A DNA stretch of 63,025 bases, counting the filler, from Reclinomonas americana ATCC 50394 (lineage: Eukaryota), in assembly GCA_048213135.1 (NCBI GenBank). It is 23 parts of 23 records of this genome, joined end to end, with 100 filler letters (N's around TTAATTAATTAA, not from the genome) between each part and the next. Parts side by side here need not be neighbours in the genome. Positions count along the whole stretch, not along the records: positions 58,326 to 59,716 come from AFZH01023820.1; positions 59,817 to 61,778 come from AFZH01023821.1; positions 61,879 to 63,025 come from AFZH01023822.1; 20 more parts are not named here. The stretch is one strand, 5' to 3'. This document shows, one piece after another, positions 59,090 through 63,025 of the stretch. The notes below the pieces were generated by a model. It had not been told where the DNA came from and ran no database searches. It was given only the letters and a program-made list of their open reading frames with translations. Position 1 is the first letter of the stretch. Each line of letters begins with the position of its first letter. The position numbers and the translations under genes were made by a program.

Positions 59090-59613
59090 CTGGGGAGGGA
59101 GGGGTGAGAGGGGAAGGGGTGGGAGAGGGGAAGGGAGGAGAAGGGAAGGAGTGAGAGAGGGAGAAGGGAAGGGCGAGAGAGAGTGGGGAAGGGAAGGGTG
59201 GGAGAGTGGGGAAGGGAAGGGCGAGAAAGTGGGGAGGGGGAAAGTGAGAGAGTGGGGAAGGGAAGGAGTGAGAGAGGGAGAAGGGAAGGGAGAGAGAGAG
59301 AGAGAGAGAGACTGGGGAAGGGAAGGGCGTGAGTGAGTGATGATGAAGGCAAGGTGGCGCCTGAAAGTGTCAAGGGGACGACTCAGGCGCTGAATGCAGC
59401 CAGACACTGAATGAATGAGAGAGACAAAGAGAGAGTGACAGATGGCGAATGAGTGTGTGAGGGAGGGAGGGAGGGAGCGAGAGAAGGAGTGCGCGAGAGT
59501 GAGTGAGTGATGAGAGATGATGGAGGAAAGGTGGCACCTGAAGGCGTTCAGTTGACGACTTCGGCGAGAATGCAGCCAGTCATTGATGAGTGAGAGTGCA
59601 TGGGAGAGATCGT

Positions 59614-59715
<102 letters not shown>

Positions 59716-59837
59716 ANNNNNNNNNNNNNNNNNNNNNNNNNNNNNNNNNNNNNNNNNNNNTTAATTAATTAANNNNNNNNNNNNNNNNNNNNNNNNNNNN
59801 NNNNNNNNNNNNNNNNTCTCTCTCTCTCTTCCTGCAG

Positions 59838-61648
59838 GATGTGGTGCCCTCGGTCGTTCCGTGATTAGCGCCTTTCGCGCCTCGGCGGGCGCCGAATGGT
59901 CCGCCGTCAGCGTCGATGTCGTGGAGAACGCCGATGCCAATGAGTCGATTACGATTTCTCCCGACCAGTTGCGTGTGCCTCGCAGAAGAGACAAGGGAAG
60001 TCTGTTGTTGCTTATCCTCACTCAGGTCACTTTGCTTCTTCTTCACTCATTCTCTCTTCTCGTTTGCTTCTCAAGCACTCACTGTCGATCTCACAGTAAC
60101 TCAAGCGCTCACTGCGCACTCATCTGCAATGCTCACTCATTCTCCGACTTGCTGCCTTGTCGTTTCTTATCCTCACTGAGCTCACTCTCTCACTTTGCTT
60201 CCTCTTCAATCTCCCGACAAGCTGCCATTTGTTTTGCATCTCAGCACACTCACTGTCGATACACTCATGTGCGGTCGTCACTCATTCTCTCCTGACTTAC
60301 TGCCTTCTCGTTTGCTTCTCAATCGCAGCCATCGTTGAGGCTTGTCTTTTCCCTTCCATTCTGTCGCACGCATCTGAGTTGTTGCACGCCCGTTTGCTTC
60401 TCGTTCGTAATTCAAGCGCGCTCACTGCATACACATCTGCAATGCTCACTCACTCTCTCACCGTGCTTCCTCTTCACTCTCTTCCGACTTGCAGCCTCCT
60501 CGTTTGCTTCTCAAGCACACTCACTGTCGATCTCACTCTCATCTGTGCTCCTGGCTCATCCTCTCCTGACTTACTGCCTTCTCGTTTGCTTCTCAATCGC
60601 ACTCACTGTCGAGGCTTGCTCGTCTTTCCCCTTCCATTCTATCGCACTCATCTGTGCTCCTGTGCTTCTTGCTCATTCTCATTTGAGTTGTTGCACTCCC
60701 GTTTGCTTCTCGTGCGTAATTCAAGCGCGCTCACTGCACTCTCTTCTGCAATGCTCACTCATTCTCCCGACCAGCTGCCTGTGCGTTTGCTTTTCAATCG
60801 CACTCACTGTCGAGATTTATTTCTTTTCCCTCCCTTCTGTCGCACTCATCTGTGCTCCTGGCTCATTCTCATCGGACGTGCTGCCTTCTCGTTCGCTTGT
60901 CACTCGATCATGCGCGCTCACTGCATTCAACTGCAGTCCTCACTCATTTCCCGACTTCTGCCTTGTCGTTGCTCTTCATGCGCGCGCTCACTGTCGAGAC
61001 TTGCTCGTCGTCTCTTTACTCCCTATCGCGCTGTGCGGTCGTCCCTCATTCTCTTCTCTCTTCTCTCTCAATCGATCTGCCAGCTCATTCTCTTACTCCT
61101 CTCACATTCTCTCAGTCGCCTCCTTTCCTTTTTCCCTCCACCTCTCTGTGTCTCCATCATTCCAACCTTTGTGTTCTCGTGCTTTTCGTTTGGCGGCAGT
61201 ATTCATCTCGTCCCTTCTCTCTCTCTCTACTTTCTTTTCCACTGTACTGAACCTCCTCCTCCTCGCAGAACGTGGGACGAGCAGCTGGCCACGGTGCAGG
61301 AGCGCCTGGGAGACTCCAAGCTCGATTCCGTGATTTGTGTGGCCGGCGGCTGGGCTGGTGCGTGACCTTTGCCTGCAACAGGGGGACCCATCTTCGCTGC
61401 TCACCTCATCTCGCAGGTGGCAATGCGGCCAGCAAGGAGACGCTGTCCAACGCCGAGCTCATGTGGAAGGTGTCGGTGATGACGTCGATGGTTGCCGCGC
61501 GTGTGGCTGCCGAGCATTTGAAGGAGTTGCGTGCGAGCAGCAATGGATGCGATGCGCTGGTCTGTTTGTTCACAATCGAGCGACAGGAATGGACTGCTGG
61601 TTCTCACGGGAGCGCAGGCGTGCGTGGGTGGTACTCCGGGCATGATCG
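59838..61648 (+). CDS. QDPR: Dihydropteridine reductase, partial multi-exon
   Basis: GALG, DVVENADA, DSVICVAGGWAGGNA, ELMWK, HLK.NGLLVLTGA, GTPGMI. Confidence 0.92.
60020..61090. repeat. Degenerate tandem repeats filling a 1.3-kb QDPR intron
   Basis: Recurrent cgtttgcttctc, cactcactgtcga and tcaagcgcgctcactgca modules. Confidence 0.75.
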
Positions 61649-61878
61649 GTGAGTAGATAAGCTCCTCTGGCTCTTGTTCGCCTTTCTACCTTCAATTTTC
61701 CCCTCTTCCATCTTCCTGTGCGTCTCCCCTGTCCATCTACCCTTTCGGTCTTTCCCCATCCTCTCCCCCGTTCTCTCCNNNNNNNNNNNNNNNNNNNNNN
61801 NNNNNNNNNNNNNNNNNNNNNNTTAATTAATTAANNNNNNNNNNNNNNNNNNNNNNNNNNNNNNNNNNNNNNNNNNNN

Positions 61879-61934
61879 TCATGCTCATCGAGAAACGCCT
61901 CGTCGGCGGACTCACCGCCGGCAGCGTCAAATAG
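61879..61934 (+). CDS. C-terminus of a carbohydrate ABC permease (bacterial)
   Basis: IEKRLVGGLTAGSVK*. Confidence 0.7.
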
Positions 61935-61979
61935 GTGGCCGGGCGACCTGAGGCCTCCAGCGTCTGACAACACCTACTG

Positions 61980-62582
61980 TCATCGTGAGGCAGTCGAAAC
62001 GCCTGGGCGGAGGCCGTTCTCTGCCGCGGCGACGACGTCGTACGTGGTCCGGACGAGACCGTCATCGGTGGCGTGACTGCCCCGCACCGTCAAGTGCACG
62101 TCGGCATCCAGTGTGCCGAACAGCGAGCGACCGGACCCGAGGATGACCGGTGCGATCGACAAGGTCAGCTCGTCGACCAGGCCGGCGCGGAGGAATGACT
62201 GAATCGTGCGGCCGCCGTCGATGTATACCTCGCGGGCGTCGAGTTCATTGAGCTTGAGCACAGCGTCATCGACGGATGCGGTGGTGAGCACCCGCCGATC
62301 CTGGATGTCGGACCTCGAGGTCAGCACCACGACCTTCTTGCCCTCGAACGGCCAATCATCGAAGCCCAGTACGGACTCGTAGGTTGCGCGACCCATGATG
62401 ATGGCATCGATCGTTGGAAAGAAGGTCTCCCATGTCAGCGCCGGACGCGCATTGGTCGGTGCCACGTCATGGGGGCGGACCGGTGGGTCGGTCAGCCACT
62501 CCAACTGCCCGTTCGCGCGGGCGATCATGCCGTCCGCGCTCGTTCCGATGAATACGCGGCCGCGCCAGGTGCGAAATGTCAT
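61980..62582 (-). CDS. Dihydrofolate reductase/RibD C-terminal-family protein (200 aa)
   Basis: FIGTSADGMIA, IIMGRATYE, YIDGGRTIQSFL, PVILGSG; ATGA overlap with the upstream gene. Confidence 0.92.
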   Translation of the reverse strand: MTFRTWRGRVFIGTSADGMIARANGQLEWLTDPPVRPHDVAPTNARPALTWETFFPTIDAIIMGRATYESVLGFDDWPFEGKKVVVLTSRSDIQDRRVLTTASVDDAVLKLNELDAREVYIDGGRTIQSFLRAGLVDELTLSIAPVILGSGRSLFGTLDADVHLTVRGSHATDDGLVRTTYDVVAAAENGLRPGVSTASR

Positions 62583-63025
62583 TTCCAGATCTCCAGGAAG
62601 GTGTCCAACGTGAATGTGGGAGAGGACGGCTCGAGGCGAACCGCTGAGCGGAACAAGGCGCCATGAAGAGCGTCGAGAAGCATCAGGCCGCACGCGTTCG
62701 GATCCGACAGGCCGCGAGTCTCGATGGACTCGAGAAGTCGAGCAAGCCACTGCGACTGCCGGCTCCAGCCTTCCGCCAGAAGCGTCGTCAACTCCTCGTC
62801 TTGCAGCTCGTCGAGGATCTCGGCGAGCGCAAAGATCGCGCCGGCAGGGGACGCCGACCCGAACTCGCGTCGTACATACGAACGAAGCTCGGCTTCGGGA
62901 TCGATGTCCGCGGGGAGCGGGCCAGAGGGGATCTGGTCGATCCACTGGAGTGTCAGAGCGCGCAACAGCCCCGCCTTCGACCCGAAGCGCTTGATGAGTC
63001 CCGCCGGACCGATCCCCGCGGCAGG
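62579..63025 (-). CDS. TetR-family regulator (5' truncated)
   Basis: AGIGPAGLIKRFGSKAGLL HTH remnant. Confidence 0.8.
   Translation of the reverse strand, partial: PAAGIGPAGLIKRFGSKAGLLRALTLQWIDQIPSGPLPADIDPEAELRSYVRREFGSASPAGAIFALAEILDELQDEELTTLLAEGWSRQSQWLARLLESIETRGLSDPNACGLMLLDALHGALFRSAVRLEPSSPTFTLDTFLEIWK

Noticed and set aside
60157..61365. Leu/Ser/Phe-rich 'membrane protein' ORFs, also at 35508-36337 and 42064-43368
   Set aside because: Translations of pyrimidine-rich introns.

Overview
The window is not one genome region. It is about 23 contigs or scaffold pieces joined by artificial N-TTAATTAATTAA-N spacers, from at least three organisms. (1) An intron-rich, microsatellite-rich flagellated protist (1-7.4 kb and 29-61.8 kb) encodes a rhodanese, axonemal dynein IC2, a RanBP2-finger protein, Myb, NHE, VIT, a vWA protein, a Mid1/FAM155-like protein, two modular IRAK/RLK-like kinases, AS3MT, an ABC NBD and QDPR. 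(2) An actinobacterial plasmid/ICE-like block (7.5-16.1 kb) carries an FtsK/TraB-like ATPase, a Replic_Relax-like nuclease, serine and tyrosine recombinases and two candidate defence proteins; a separate actinobacterial TetR-DHFR-family piece lies at 61.9-63 kb. (3) A Rhizobiales (Bosea-like) block (16.2-28.9 kb) has a sugar-acid catabolic operon, a DUF2946-TonB copper-uptake cluster, MerR-ZntA and an RND pump. The most striking observation is in the protist: I find 13 donors reading GTTGCG (a one-base-shifted GTGCG), and 12 of them lack the usual exonic -1 G. This suggests routine shifted-register U1 recognition. All gene models and family calls were made by eye, with no database searches.
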